Below, piece after piece: positions 29,532-38,955 of a stretch of 64,000 nucleotides of DNA (positions are counted from its first letter, which is position 1; each line of letters opens with the position of its first letter). Source of the stretch: Synechococcus sp. ARS1019 (lineage in GTDB: Bacteria; Cyanobacteriota; Cyanobacteriia; PCC-6307; Cyanobiaceae); contig NZED01000032.1 in the NCBI GenBank assembly GCA_002690325.1, positions 2,084 to 66,083 on the forward strand. Reading direction: 5' to 3'. Below the pieces are notes generated by a model. That model did not search any database. It was not told where the DNA came from and saw only the letters and a list, made by a program, of their open reading frames with translations. The position numbers were made by a program, and so were the translations under genes.

Positions 29532-30911
29532 GTGACTCAGACCTTGTCAAGCCTGCGGCCTTACGAATCCAAGCGCGATCCGAATAGCCCTAACCGAAAC
29601 CTGGCTCCGATTACCACTGAATTGGATGACCAAGACCGTCTGGTGGTTGGAGGCTGTCGTCTCAGTGACCTGGCACAGCGTTATGGCACGCCTTTATACG
29701 TTCTTGATGAGGAGAGCCTGCGCTCAGCCTGTCGGGCTTACAAGCAGGCCCTCGAGAAGCACTACCCCGGTTCGTCCTTACCGATCTACGCATCAAAGGC
29801 CAATAGCTCATTGATGATGAGTGGCTTGGTGGCTTCCGAAGGTCTGGGTTTGGATGCCGTTTCTGCCGGTGAGCTGCTCACAGCGCTGCAGGGCGGGATG
29901 CCGGGAGATCGGATTGTTTTGCATGGAAATAACAAGTCTGATGACGAGTTGCTGATCGCTTATCGCAACAACGTGACCATCGTTGTGGATAACCAGCACG
30001 ATCTCGATCGACTTGCGGCTCTGATTCCCGCTGGATCGGATCCAGCGAAGTTGATGCTCCGGTTTACCCCCGGAATCGAATGCCATACGCATGAGTACAT
30101 CCGAACCGGCCATCTCGACAGCAAATTTGGCTTCGACCCAGATCAACTTGAGTCGGTCTTGACCAATTTGGTTGGTCAGCCCTGGGGAGTGTTGACCGGT
30201 CTGCATGCTCACATCGGCTCGCAGATTTTTGAGCTGGAGCCTCACCGTGATCTCGCTGGGGTGATGGCAGAAGCGCTCAAACTCGCCCGCGGGCTGGGTC
30301 ACCCGGTGACGGATCTCAATGTCGGCGGTGGATTGGGCATTCGTTATGTCGAATCTGACGATCCACCATCGATTGATGCTTGGGTTCAGGTTGTCGCGGA
30401 GGCCGTTGCGAACGCTTGCCGTCAGCGAGATCTCGAGCTGCCGCGTTTGTTGTGTGAGCCGGGTCGCTCCCTGGTTGCTCCCGCTGGCGTCACCTTGTAT
30501 TCCGTTGGCTCGCGTAAGACGATCCCTGGTGTTCGCACCTATGTCGCTGTCGATGGCGGCATGAGTGACAACCCCCGACCCATTACCTATCAGTCCCTTT
30601 ACACCACCTGTCTGGCAGATCGTCCGCTAGCGGCTGCCGAAGAGACGGTCAACCTTGTCGGCAAGCATTGTGAATCCGGTGATGTCCTACTCAAAGACTT
30701 ACCGCTGCCAACCACCACCAGCGGAGATGTTGTCGCTGTGTTTGCGACCGGTGCTTACAACGCATCGATGAGTTCGAACTACAACCGCATTCCTCGACCT
30801 GCTGCTGTGCTTGTCCATGGCGGTCAGGCCGAGCTGGTTCAAAAACGTGAGCAGCCGGATGATCTGCTGCGCTACGACGTCCTGCCTGAGCGCTTCCGGA
30901 CGTTACGTTGA
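29532..30911 (+). CDS. lysA: Diaminopimelate decarboxylase
   Basis: YASKAN (PLP Lys), HAHIGSQ, NVGGGLG, EPGRS, HCESGD, GAY. GTG 29532 avoids overlap with rimI. Confidence 0.96.
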   Translation: MTQTLSSLRPYESKRDPNSPNRNLAPITTELDDQDRLVVGGCRLSDLAQRYGTPLYVLDEESLRSACRAYKQALEKHYPGSSLPIYASKANSSLMMSGLVASEGLGLDAVSAGELLTALQGGMPGDRIVLHGNNKSDDELLIAYRNNVTIVVDNQHDLDRLAALIPAGSDPAKLMLRFTPGIECHTHEYIRTGHLDSKFGFDPDQLESVLTNLVGQPWGVLTGLHAHIGSQIFELEPHRDLAGVMAEALKLARGLGHPVTDLNVGGGLGIRYVESDDPPSIDAWVQVVAEAVANACRQRDLELPRLLCEPGRSLVAPAGVTLYSVGSRKTIPGVRTYVAVDGGMSDNPRPITYQSLYTTCLADRPLAAAEETVNLVGKHCESGDVLLKDLPLPTTTSGDVVAVFATGAYNASMSSNYNRIPRPAAVLVHGGQAELVQKREQPDDLLRYDVLPERFRTLR

Positions 30912-30934
30912 GTCCAGAGAGGTCGTAGAGCCGA

Positions 30935-31765
30935 GTGAACGTCTTGGAGGCAGAGCTGTCTCGCCAAATCTTGGACGTTCTGTTTGCTTCTGCGATCGGC
31001 TTTTTGCTCTTTTTTCGCGTCAAGGAACAGCGCACCCTCTGGTTGTTGCGTGGGTATCTGTTCCTTGTCGCTCTGGGTTGGTTCGTTCAGAGATACGCCA
31101 ACCTTCCGCTCACATCAAAGCTGGTCGATGCACTGGTGCTGGCCTGCTCGTTGTCCCTCGCCATTCTTTGGCAAGGAGAGTTGCGGCGGTTGATGGAGCT
31201 GCTGGGCACATTGCGTCTGGCTGTGCTGCTCGGTAAATCCCAAAACGAATTCAAAGCAGCTGCAGGAACTGTGGGTTCGATCACTGAAGCGGCTGGGCGC
31301 TTGTCTCAGCAACGCCGAGGTGCCTTGATTGTGGTGGACATCGGCAGCGACCTACGGCCTGAAGATTTTCTCAACCCTGGTGTCGTCATCGGTGCGCAGA
31401 TGAGCCGTGAACTCCTGCTGAATCTGTTCGCTGCTGATACGCCGCTGCACGACGGTGCTGTCCTGGTGCGTGGAAATCGCATTGAATCAGCTGGCGTCAT
31501 CCTTCCTCTCTCGCGTCGAGCAGTGAGTCGATATGGGACCCGTCACCTTGCAGCACTGGGGATTACTGAACGCTTTGACCGCTGCATTTGCATTGTTGTC
31601 TCAGAGGAGACCGGAACCTTGTCTCTCGCCAATCAAGGTCGTCTTGAACGTCCCATTACCAGTAGTCGCCTTCAAGAACTGCTGACGGAGCTAATCAGCG
31701 GCGTTGATGCCCTGCCCCCAGGGCGGCGTAGCGTAGGCAATCCTTCTGCCGAGTCGCTGTCTTGA
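30935..31765 (+). CDS. cdaA: Diadenylate cyclase (c-di-AMP synthase)
   Basis: Three N-terminal TM segments, GALIV, PLHDGAV, GTRHLAA, VSEETG; lysA-cdaA-uppS order typical of cyanobacteria. Confidence 0.93.
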   Translation: MNVLEAELSRQILDVLFASAIGFLLFFRVKEQRTLWLLRGYLFLVALGWFVQRYANLPLTSKLVDALVLACSLSLAILWQGELRRLMELLGTLRLAVLLGKSQNEFKAAAGTVGSITEAAGRLSQQRRGALIVVDIGSDLRPEDFLNPGVVIGAQMSRELLLNLFAADTPLHDGAVLVRGNRIESAGVILPLSRRAVSRYGTRHLAALGITERFDRCICIVVSEETGTLSLANQGRLERPITSSRLQELLTELISGVDALPPGRRSVGNPSAESLS

Positions 31766-32544
31766 GCCGTCTACCGGCCACCAGCACTGACACCCAGACG
31801 CGCGCTCCCCGTCCAGAAGCGCTGGATCAATCTCGTCTGCCTGCCCACGTCGCGGTGATCATGGATGGCAATGGTCGTTGGGCTAAATCACGTGGTTTGC
31901 CCCGGGTGATGGGGCATCGTGCGGGTGTCGAAGCACTCAAGACAACTCTGCGTCTGTGCAGTGACTGGGGTATCCAGGCTTTAACGGCCTATGCCTTTTC
32001 GACGGAAAACTGGTCTCGACCTGGGGATGAGGTCAGTTTTTTGATGACGCTGTTCGAGCGAGTGTTGAAAAGTGAGCTCAAAAGCCTGGAGAAGGAACGG
32101 GTCCGAATCCGTTTTTTGGGAGATCTGGATGGATTGCCAGATGGCTTGCAGGCGCTCATCACTGATGCGATGGAGCGCACGTCAGAGAATCAAGGCATTC
32201 AATTCAATGTGTGCACCAACTACGGCGGTCGTCGCGAACTGGTTCGGGCAGCGCAGCGACTGGCGGAGCGTGCTGTACGCGGAGAGCTCAGTCCGCAATC
32301 CATCGATGAAAATCACCTAGCTGCGGAGTTGTTCACGGCTGGCATGGAGGATCCCGACCTTTTGATTCGAACCAGTGGTGAGCAACGCATCAGTAACTTC
32401 CTTCTTTGGCAGCTTGCTTATGCCGAAATTCACATCACTGATGTGCACTGGCCTGACTTTGATGCACAGGCATTAACCCAGGCTTTGCTCGATTTTCAGA
32501 GCCGTAACCGTCGTTTCGGCGGTCTTGAACCGATCAAATCATGA
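31762..32544 (+). CDS. uppS: Undecaprenyl diphosphate synthase
   Basis: [44 protein letters not shown]. Confidence 0.97.
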   Translation: MSRLPATSTDTQTRAPRPEALDQSRLPAHVAVIMDGNGRWAKSRGLPRVMGHRAGVEALKTTLRLCSDWGIQALTAYAFSTENWSRPGDEVSFLMTLFERVLKSELKSLEKERVRIRFLGDLDGLPDGLQALITDAMERTSENQGIQFNVCTNYGGRRELVRAAQRLAERAVRGELSPQSIDENHLAAELFTAGMEDPDLLIRTSGEQRISNFLLWQLAYAEIHITDVHWPDFDAQALTQALLDFQSRNRRFGGLEPIKS

Positions 32545-33518
32545 GTGTGAGCATCCGCCACGACTGGACGACGGAAGAGATCCAGGCTCTGCTGGAGTTG
32601 CCGTTGATGGATTTGCTCTGGCAGGCCCAGACCGTGCATCGTGAAGCCAACCCTGGTTACCGGGTGCAGTTGGCCTCACTGTTGAGTGTGAAAACCGGCG
32701 GCTGCGAAGAAGATTGTGCCTATTGCTCGCAGTCGATTCACAACAGCAGTGACGTCTCGGCCTTTGAGGCGCAGATGCAGGTGGAGCCAGTGCTTCAGCG
32801 AGCCCGGGCAGCCAAAGAAGCTGGTGCGGATCGCTTCTGCATGGGTTGGGCTTGGAGAGAGATTCGCGATGGTGCCCCCTTCGAAGCGATGCTCGACATG
32901 GTGCGTGGAGTGCGCGGCATGGGCATGGAAGCCTGCGTGACCGCCGGGATGCTCACCGATCAACAGGCCGCACGGCTGGCTGATGCTGGGCTGACGGCTT
33001 ACAACCACAATCTCGATACCAGCCCGGAGCACTACGACCGGATTATTTCCACGCGCACTTATCAGGAGCGTTTGGAAACGTTGCAGCGGGTCCGGAATGC
33101 CGGCGTCACCCTTTGCTGTGGCGGGATTATCGGCATGGGCGAAACCCTGCGGGACCGGGCCTCGATGTTGCAGGTGCTGGCCAGCATGAATCCCCATCCT
33201 GAGAGCGTTCCGGTCAATGGACTGGTGGCTGTCGGCGGAACCCCCCTGGAGGATCAGGCTCCCTTTGAACCCTTAGAGCTGGTGCGGATGGTGGCCGCAG
33301 CGCGAATTCTCATGCCCAATGCCCGCGTGCGGCTCAGTGCTGGACGGGAATCGATGAGCCGCGAAGCTCAGATTCTTTGCCTGCAGGCAGGCGCTGATTC
33401 GATTTTCTACGGGGATGTTCTACTGACCACCGGGAACCCGGATGTAGAAGCGGATCGTCAGCTGCTGGCGGATGCCGGAGTAACCGCCAATTGGCAGGAG
33501 TGCGAGGCAGCGGCATGA
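32541..33518 (+). CDS. bioB: Biotin synthase
   Basis: CEEDCAYC radical-SAM motif, YNHNLDT, ESVPVN, RLSAGR. Confidence 0.97.
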   Translation: MSVSIRHDWTTEEIQALLELPLMDLLWQAQTVHREANPGYRVQLASLLSVKTGGCEEDCAYCSQSIHNSSDVSAFEAQMQVEPVLQRARAAKEAGADRFCMGWAWREIRDGAPFEAMLDMVRGVRGMGMEACVTAGMLTDQQAARLADAGLTAYNHNLDTSPEHYDRIISTRTYQERLETLQRVRNAGVTLCCGGIIGMGETLRDRASMLQVLASMNPHPESVPVNGLVAVGGTPLEDQAPFEPLELVRMVAAARILMPNARVRLSAGRESMSREAQILCLQAGADSIFYGDVLLTTGNPDVEADRQLLADAGVTANWQECEAAA

Positions 33519-34435
33519 GCCGGCTCTTGGTGGCGGCGTTTTACGCCTTCACATCGCTGAATGACATGCGCCGGGAGGCGTTGTTGGACGCATTGCCAAC
33601 CCTGGCCAGGGAGGGTGGTGTTCTTGGCTCGGTGCTAGTTGCCCCAGAGGGCGTCAACGGCACGATTAGCGGGCCCGAGGCCGGTGTTGATGCCGTGCTG
33701 CAGCACTTGCGGGGATCCTTGGATCTCGGCGACCATCACTACGCGCGGCTTGAAGTGAAGCGCAGCTGGGCCCATCAACCGGTGTTCCGTCGGTTTAAGG
33801 CCCGTCGCAAGAAGGAGATTGTGACCATCGGCATGGGCAGCGTGGATCCCAGCGCCAGCGTGGGGAGGTACGTCGAACCAGATGATTGGAATGCTCTGGT
33901 GGATGATCCCGACACGCTGGTGATCGATACCCGAAACAGCTATGAAACCAGCATTGGAACCTTTGCTGGCGCCATCGACCCGGGCACCGATAGTTTCCGT
34001 GAATTTCCGCAGTGGGCGGAGCAGACCTTGCGGCCGATGCTTGAGCAGCAAGGCAGCAAGCGCATCGCGATGTTTTGCACCGGCGGGATTCGTTGTGAAA
34101 AGGCCAGCAGTTACCTACAGCAAGAAGGCTTCGGCGAAGTGCATCATCTGCGCGGGGGGATTCTCAAGTACCTGGAGCAGGTGCCGGAAGAGCAAAGCCG
34201 TTGGCAGGGCGAATGCTTTGTGTTCGATCAGCGGGTGGCCTTGAATCATCGACTGGAACCCGGTGAGCACCGCCTCTGCCATGCCTGCGGTTTGCCGGTG
34301 TCACCTCAGCAGCGCGCACTACCGAGCTACATCAAAGGGGTGCAGTGCGTGCACTGCGTGGATCGCTTCACGGATGCTGATCGTGATCGCTTTGCGATGC
34401 GCCAACGCCAGATGGATCGGCAGCAATTGAGTTAA
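33515..34435 (+). CDS. trhO: tRNA uridine(34) hydroxylase, rhodanese family (YceA/TrhO)
   Basis: [49 protein letters not shown]. Confidence 0.92.
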   Translation: MSRLLVAAFYAFTSLNDMRREALLDALPTLAREGGVLGSVLVAPEGVNGTISGPEAGVDAVLQHLRGSLDLGDHHYARLEVKRSWAHQPVFRRFKARRKKEIVTIGMGSVDPSASVGRYVEPDDWNALVDDPDTLVIDTRNSYETSIGTFAGAIDPGTDSFREFPQWAEQTLRPMLEQQGSKRIAMFCTGGIRCEKASSYLQQEGFGEVHHLRGGILKYLEQVPEEQSRWQGECFVFDQRVALNHRLEPGEHRLCHACGLPVSPQQRALPSYIKGVQCVHCVDRFTDADRDRFAMRQRQMDRQQLS

Positions 34436-34450
34436 CTGTTGTTTCAGCAG

Positions 34451-35440
34451 ATGCAGGACATGACCAACTCACGCCCTGTGCTGTACAGCTTTCGCCGTTG
34501 CCCCTATGCCATGCGGGCGCGGGGCGCATTGTTGGCATCCGGTGTGCTCGTGGAGTTGCGAGAGATTCAGCTCAAACACAAGCCCCAATCCATGCTTGAA
34601 GCGTCGGCGAAGGGCACGGTGCCTGTACTGGTTTGTGCGGATGGCCGAGTGATTGATGAAAGCCTTGATGTGATGCATTGGGCGCTCACTCAGGCAGACC
34701 CACAGAATTGGTTAACGGCGGGCGATGCGACTGATTTAATCGCTGAAAATGATGGTCCACTGAAACACCATCTCGACCGTTTTAAATACAGCGATCGCTA
34801 TCCCGATTGCAGTGCTGATGAGCATCGTGAGGCAGGTCTTTGCATTTTGAAGAGATGGAATGAGCTGATTGCGCAGCAGGGATGGTTGCTGGGTGATCGC
34901 TTGTCTCTCGCTGATGCTGCGTTGTGGCCTTTTGTTCGCCAGTGGCGGATTGCTGACCCTCAAGCCTTTGATGCCGATCCTGATTTGGAGTCGCTCCGGA
35001 TCTGGTTGAACCGGTTGATCGAGGGGCCTGCCTTTGATCGCTTGATGTCGCGATTTGACCCCTGGCAGCCGGGGGATGCTCCCAAACTCTTTCCTGCGGA
35101 CGCCCAATCTGTGCCGCTGGATCAACCGTTGTTTCACCTGGCGCTTGAGCAGGATTGGCTCAAGGCGCAAGCATCAGGTTTCTACTCCGTGTCAACAAGG
35201 GGGCTGAACCTCGCGCAAGTGGGGTTTATCCATTTGTCCTGGCGTGATCAGGTGGTTGACACCTTTGAACGTTTTTACGCCGATGCTGGTTCGATTCGTT
35301 TGCTAGAGATCGATCCTTTGCGTTTGAACTCACCATTACGCGCGGATTCGATTCCGACTGGCTTGTTTTTTCCCCATCTCTACGGACCTTTGCCCGTCTC
35401 GGCCGTTGTGGATATCCACCTCGACCCTTATAAGGTCTGA
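34451..35440 (+). CDS. Glutathione S-transferase fused to a C-terminal DUF952 domain
   Basis: GST part: LYSFRRCPYAMRAR, KGTVPVL, IDESLDVM. DUF952 part: LFHLA...GFIHLS...FPHLYGPL. Confidence 0.85.
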   Translation: MQDMTNSRPVLYSFRRCPYAMRARGALLASGVLVELREIQLKHKPQSMLEASAKGTVPVLVCADGRVIDESLDVMHWALTQADPQNWLTAGDATDLIAENDGPLKHHLDRFKYSDRYPDCSADEHREAGLCILKRWNELIAQQGWLLGDRLSLADAALWPFVRQWRIADPQAFDADPDLESLRIWLNRLIEGPAFDRLMSRFDPWQPGDAPKLFPADAQSVPLDQPLFHLALEQDWLKAQASGFYSVSTRGLNLAQVGFIHLSWRDQVVDTFERFYADAGSIRLLEIDPLRLNSPLRADSIPTGLFFPHLYGPLPVSAVVDIHLDPYKV

Positions 35441-35460
35441 TTCTGAGCTCAGGCGTTGAG

Positions 35461-35712
35461 ATGTCGAATGCAGCGGATCGTGGATCGAGTGATGCCTGGA
35501 GACAATTTGTTTTGACGGAGTTGGTTCAGTTTTTGGATCAAAACCGGGACCTGATTCTTGAGCGTTATCAGCAGACGACCGAATCACCTATTCCCCGTGA
35601 TCGTTTAGAGCAAGAGGGGTTAATGGATTTTGAGCTCGCCCTTACATTCCTTAAAGACAAACAAGGATGGGGTCAGGGCAAGGGGTTTTTGGGCATGAAC
35701 CTGATTGGTTGA
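35461..35712 (+). CDS. Small hypothetical protein
   Basis: 83-aa ORF filling the gap downstream of the GST fusion; protein-like composition. Confidence 0.65.
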   Translation: MSNAADRGSSDAWRQFVLTELVQFLDQNRDLILERYQQTTESPIPRDRLEQEGLMDFELALTFLKDKQGWGQGKGFLGMNLIG

Positions 35713-35898
35713 TCAGGCGCTGATTTTTAAAATTGAATCGATGCAGTTTGGATGTTTCTTGATGTACTCATTGAATTCCATCGCGAGCATCCGTGCTTCG
35801 AATGCATCGCAGGCGTAGAAACATGATTCGAGCTTGTCGCCGTCCGATGTGCGATGCCGAACGGTGTATGGGACTCGCCCATTGGCTGTGTTGGACAT
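35713..35898 (-). CDS. Small hypothetical protein
   Basis: 61 aa, YTVRHR...CFYACDAFEARMLAME...HPNCIDSI; resembles a picocyanobacterial small-protein family. Confidence 0.7.
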   Translation of the reverse strand: MSNTANGRVPYTVRHRTSDGDKLESCFYACDAFEARMLAMEFNEYIKKHPNCIDSILKISA

Positions 35899-36029
35899 GA
35901 CCCGCTGTGGTGCTCATCCACCGTGGCCTTGGTGACCTGCCGAGCGCCATTGCTTTTTCTTCTTATTTGCGTATCAACACGTTGTTAAGTTTGTTTGAGC
36001 TATCTCTCGTTGGGGCGTTATGGGGGTTG

Positions 36030-36194
36030 CTAGCTCGCGCTTTGTTTCAGGCTGCAATCGGATCGGAGAGAGCGCTTTGAAATCTCTTTGATCTTCTCTT
36101 GGTTGGCCTGCTGCAGATAGAAGTCATAGGTCTGCCGATCATTGGCTTCGCTGGCCTTATTCATCAAATAGAGATAATTCAATCGATTGGACAT
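36030..36194 (-). CDS. Small hypothetical protein (54 aa, not in the supplied ORF track)
   Basis: Manually translated ATG 36194 to TAG 36030: MSNRLNYLYLMNKASEANDRQTYDFYLQQANQEKIKEISKRSLRSDCSLKQSAS. Confidence 0.6.
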   Translation of the reverse strand: MSNRLNYLYLMNKASEANDRQTYDFYLQQANQEKIKEISKRSLRSDCSLKQSAS

Positions 36195-36294
36195 CTCTGC
36201 CGGCGGTCGTCTATTGCAGCGTCATTGTTATGGGCAAGACGCCATTGCGCTGTCGTTTTAACGTCAGCTTTATTTTGTTGGGATTCATTGATTG

Positions 36295-36792
36295 ATGCTG
36301 GAGCGACTGGAGGCTGAAGCTCAGCAGCGTGGTCTGATCTTGCGGCTGAAAGTTGGACGACCGCTCGGCTTGTTCAGCTTGCGGGTTGTGGTCGGTCGCA
36401 GTGGCGATCACGGTCGTTTGTTGCTTCAAGGAGAAATGAAGGGTTGGGCTTATCCCGCGGAACGAGGCTTGCAGCTGGACACCATGCGTGTTCTTCCTGC
36501 GGCCACTGCGGGAACGGGCGACCTGATCTGGGCAGCCACCATGGCTTGGGCCATTGAGGCGACCCCTTGTCGCTCGGCGCGTTTGCTGGCCATTGATGAC
36601 GATGAACGGCAACACCGGCGCCTTGTGCGGTACTTCCAGCAGAGAGGATTTTCCAATGTGCGTCGTGTCGACGCTGCTGTGTGGGATCTGCCCCTGCGGT
36701 TGGTCTGGGGTGGAGCGGGTGCTCTGATGCGCGGAGATGTGGATCAGGTGCTGGAACGCAGTCTGCGCGGCTGGACTCAGTCAGCAGCGTGA
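36295..36792 (+). CDS. Conserved hypothetical protein, GNAT-like fold
   Basis: LQLDTMRV...ARLLAIDDD...[10 protein letters not shown]...LVWGGAG; pattern of a cyanobacterial/plastid family. Confidence 0.7.
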   Translation: MLERLEAEAQQRGLILRLKVGRPLGLFSLRVVVGRSGDHGRLLLQGEMKGWAYPAERGLQLDTMRVLPAATAGTGDLIWAATMAWAIEATPCRSARLLAIDDDERQHRRLVRYFQQRGFSNVRRVDAAVWDLPLRLVWGGAGALMRGDVDQVLERSLRGWTQSAA

Positions 36793-37676
36793 TAGCTGCT
36801 GCGAACAAGTGGACCGCTTCGAACCTGTTGAAATCCCAGATCAGAGGCAATGCTGCCGAGTTCGTCGAATTCGTCGGGTGTCCAGTAGCGAGCCACCGGA
36901 ATGTGGGCGAGTGAGGGGCGCAGATATTGCCCGAGGGTGAGTCGTTGACAGTCGACGGCTCGCAGGTCGTGCATGGTGGCGATAATCTCCTCTCGGTTTT
37001 CACCCAGTCCGAGCATTAATCCGGATTTGGTTGGAATTCCAGGCTTGTGCTCTCGTGCTGCGGCTAAGAGCCCGAGGGAACGTGTGTAAGTGGCCCCACG
37101 GCGCACCTTTCCTTGAAGCCTTTTCACCGTTTCGAGGTTGTGGTTAAAGCAGACGGGCTCAGCAGCGAGAACGGTGTGCAGGCGAGTTCGTTGGGCAGCA
37201 ACAGCTCGCTCGAACTCAGGGTGCCCGCCCCAGAAATCTGGAGTTAACACTTCAATCGCGATCAACGGATTGCGGGCTCGGATCGCCTCCATGGTCGTTG
37301 TGAACAACGACGCCCCATGGTCAGCCAAATCATCTCGGGCAACGGCCGTTAGCACCACATAACGCAGCTTCATGGCCTCAACGGCATCGGCGACGCGTTC
37401 CGCTTCGGCGGAATCCACTGCCATGGGGGCCATGCCCTTCTCGACCTGGCAGAACGCACAGCTGCGCGTGCAGATGGAGCCACCCAGCAGAAAGGTTGCC
37501 GTGCCAGCGGCGTAGCACTCGCCCCGATTGGGGCAACGCCCTTCTTCGCAGATGGTGTGAAGACGGTTGCGCTTGACCAAACCCTGCACAGCCTCGAGAT
37601 CCGAGGCATTGCCGATCGGTCGGCGCAACCACTCGGGGAGTCGTTCGGTGGGAGCAATACCGCTGTACTGACTCAT
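36777..37676 (-). CDS. lipA: Lipoyl synthase
   Basis: [12 protein letters not shown] and CTRSCAFC clusters, NHNLETV, RSSY. Confidence 0.97.
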   Translation of the reverse strand: MSQYSGIAPTERLPEWLRRPIGNASDLEAVQGLVKRNRLHTICEEGRCPNRGECYAAGTATFLLGGSICTRSCAFCQVEKGMAPMAVDSAEAERVADAVEAMKLRYVVLTAVARDDLADHGASLFTTTMEAIRARNPLIAIEVLTPDFWGGHPEFERAVAAQRTRLHTVLAAEPVCFNHNLETVKRLQGKVRRGATYTRSLGLLAAAREHKPGIPTKSGLMLGLGENREEIIATMHDLRAVDCQRLTLGQYLRPSLAHIPVARYWTPDEFDELGSIASDLGFQQVRSGPLVRSSYHAAD

Positions 37677-37713
37677 GGGCTACTGGGACTATTCAGATTC
37701 TGAACTTTTTGGC

Positions 37714-38316
37714 TCATTCGTCCATGGGGCGCCGTCCTTCAAGGGCACGACTCAGGGTGATCTCATCGGCGTATTCCAATTCGCTGCCGACCGGTAGTCC
37801 GTAGGCGATCCGGGTGACAGAACAGAACGGTTTCAGCAGACGCGCCAAGTAGAGGCTGGTGGTGTCGCCTTCCACACTCGGCGGAAGGGCCAGGATTACT
37901 TCAGTGATCTCCTCTTTTGTCAGGCGTTTCACCAATGTGGTGATTTGGAGGAGTTCAGGGCCGACGCCATCCATCGGCGAAATCAATCCACCCAGCACGT
38001 GGTACAGGCCTTTGAATTCCCGAGTTCGTTCCAGGGCGAGGAGATCCCTGGAGTCGGCCACCACGCAAATCAACCCATTGCTGCGTTCTGGATTTCTGCA
38101 GATCTCGCAGAGCGGTTCTGCGCTGAGGTGAAAGCAGCTTTGGCACTGGCCAACTTTCGTTCGAGCTGCCAACAATGCGTCGGCGAACTGATGTATTTGC
38201 TCTTCCGGTTGATTGAGCAGATGGAGGGCCAGGCGCTGGGCTGTGCGCGGACCAATACCAGGTAAGCGTTCGAACTGATCAATCAGTCTCGCCAACGGTC
38301 GGGTGAATCCGCTCAG
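37714..38316 (-). CDS. recR: Recombination mediator RecR (start CTG 38316 or TTG 38295)
   Basis: [12 protein letters not shown] HhH, CQSC...CEIC zinc finger, YHVLGG, Toprim EGDTT. Confidence 0.95.
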   Translation of the reverse strand: MSGFTRPLARLIDQFERLPGIGPRTAQRLALHLLNQPEEQIHQFADALLAARTKVGQCQSCFHLSAEPLCEICRNPERSNGLICVVADSRDLLALERTREFKGLYHVLGGLISPMDGVGPELLQITTLVKRLTKEEITEVILALPPSVEGDTTSLYLARLLKPFCSVTRIAYGLPVGSELEYADEITLSRALEGRRPMDE

Positions 38317-38352
38317 GGGTCTGCCGCCGATCAGTGCTCGACTCTAGGCAGA

Positions 38353-38931
38353 ATGCCACCAATCGCTGTGGCTTCGATGCAACCCTTCCGATCGCTTGCC
38401 CGTCTTTTGGCCTGCGTCGTATTGGTGTTTTCTCTCGGTGCTTGTGCAGCGGGACCGACCGCTGGTTTGCAGAGTTTCCAAAGCCCCGACGGCCGCTACG
38501 CCTTTCTGTACCCGACCGGTTGGACCCGCGTCCAAGTCAGCAACGGGCCTCAAGTGGTGTTTCACGATCTGATTCACAGCGATGAGACCGTGAGCCTTGT
38601 GATCTCCAATATTGATGAGAGCAACGATCTCGACGACCTCGGGAGTGCCGTTGCGGTTGGTGAGCGTCTTCGTCGCGAAATCATCGCAACCGAGGGCAGT
38701 GGCCGTAGTGCCGAGCTCATCGAAGCCAACGAACGCGACGTGAACGGACACACCTTTTATGACCTGGAATATGCCGTTCATCTCCCTGATCGAGACCGTC
38801 ATGAGCTCGCCACGGTTGTGGTCGACAGGGGGCGGTTATACACCTTGGCGACCAGCGTGAATGAGGAGCGTTGGGAGAAGGTCAGTGATCTCTGCGGACG
38901 GGTCGTGACCTCTCTGAACCTGCTGATTTGA
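38353..38931 (+). CDS. psbP: Photosystem II extrinsic lipoprotein CyanoP
   Basis: Lipobox LGAC, YAFLYPTGW, VFHDLI, FYDLEY, GRLYT. Confidence 0.92.
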   Translation: MPPIAVASMQPFRSLARLLACVVLVFSLGACAAGPTAGLQSFQSPDGRYAFLYPTGWTRVQVSNGPQVVFHDLIHSDETVSLVISNIDESNDLDDLGSAVAVGERLRREIIATEGSGRSAELIEANERDVNGHTFYDLEYAVHLPDRDRHELATVVVDRGRLYTLATSVNEERWEKVSDLCGRVVTSLNLLI

Positions 38932-38955
38932 GCCAGTCAGCCAATGTTGTGGTGA

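Noticed and set aside
36099-36317. 72-aa + strand ORF
   Set aside because: It has a TTG start, overlaps the next gene and is antisense to the more protein-like 54-aa ORF.
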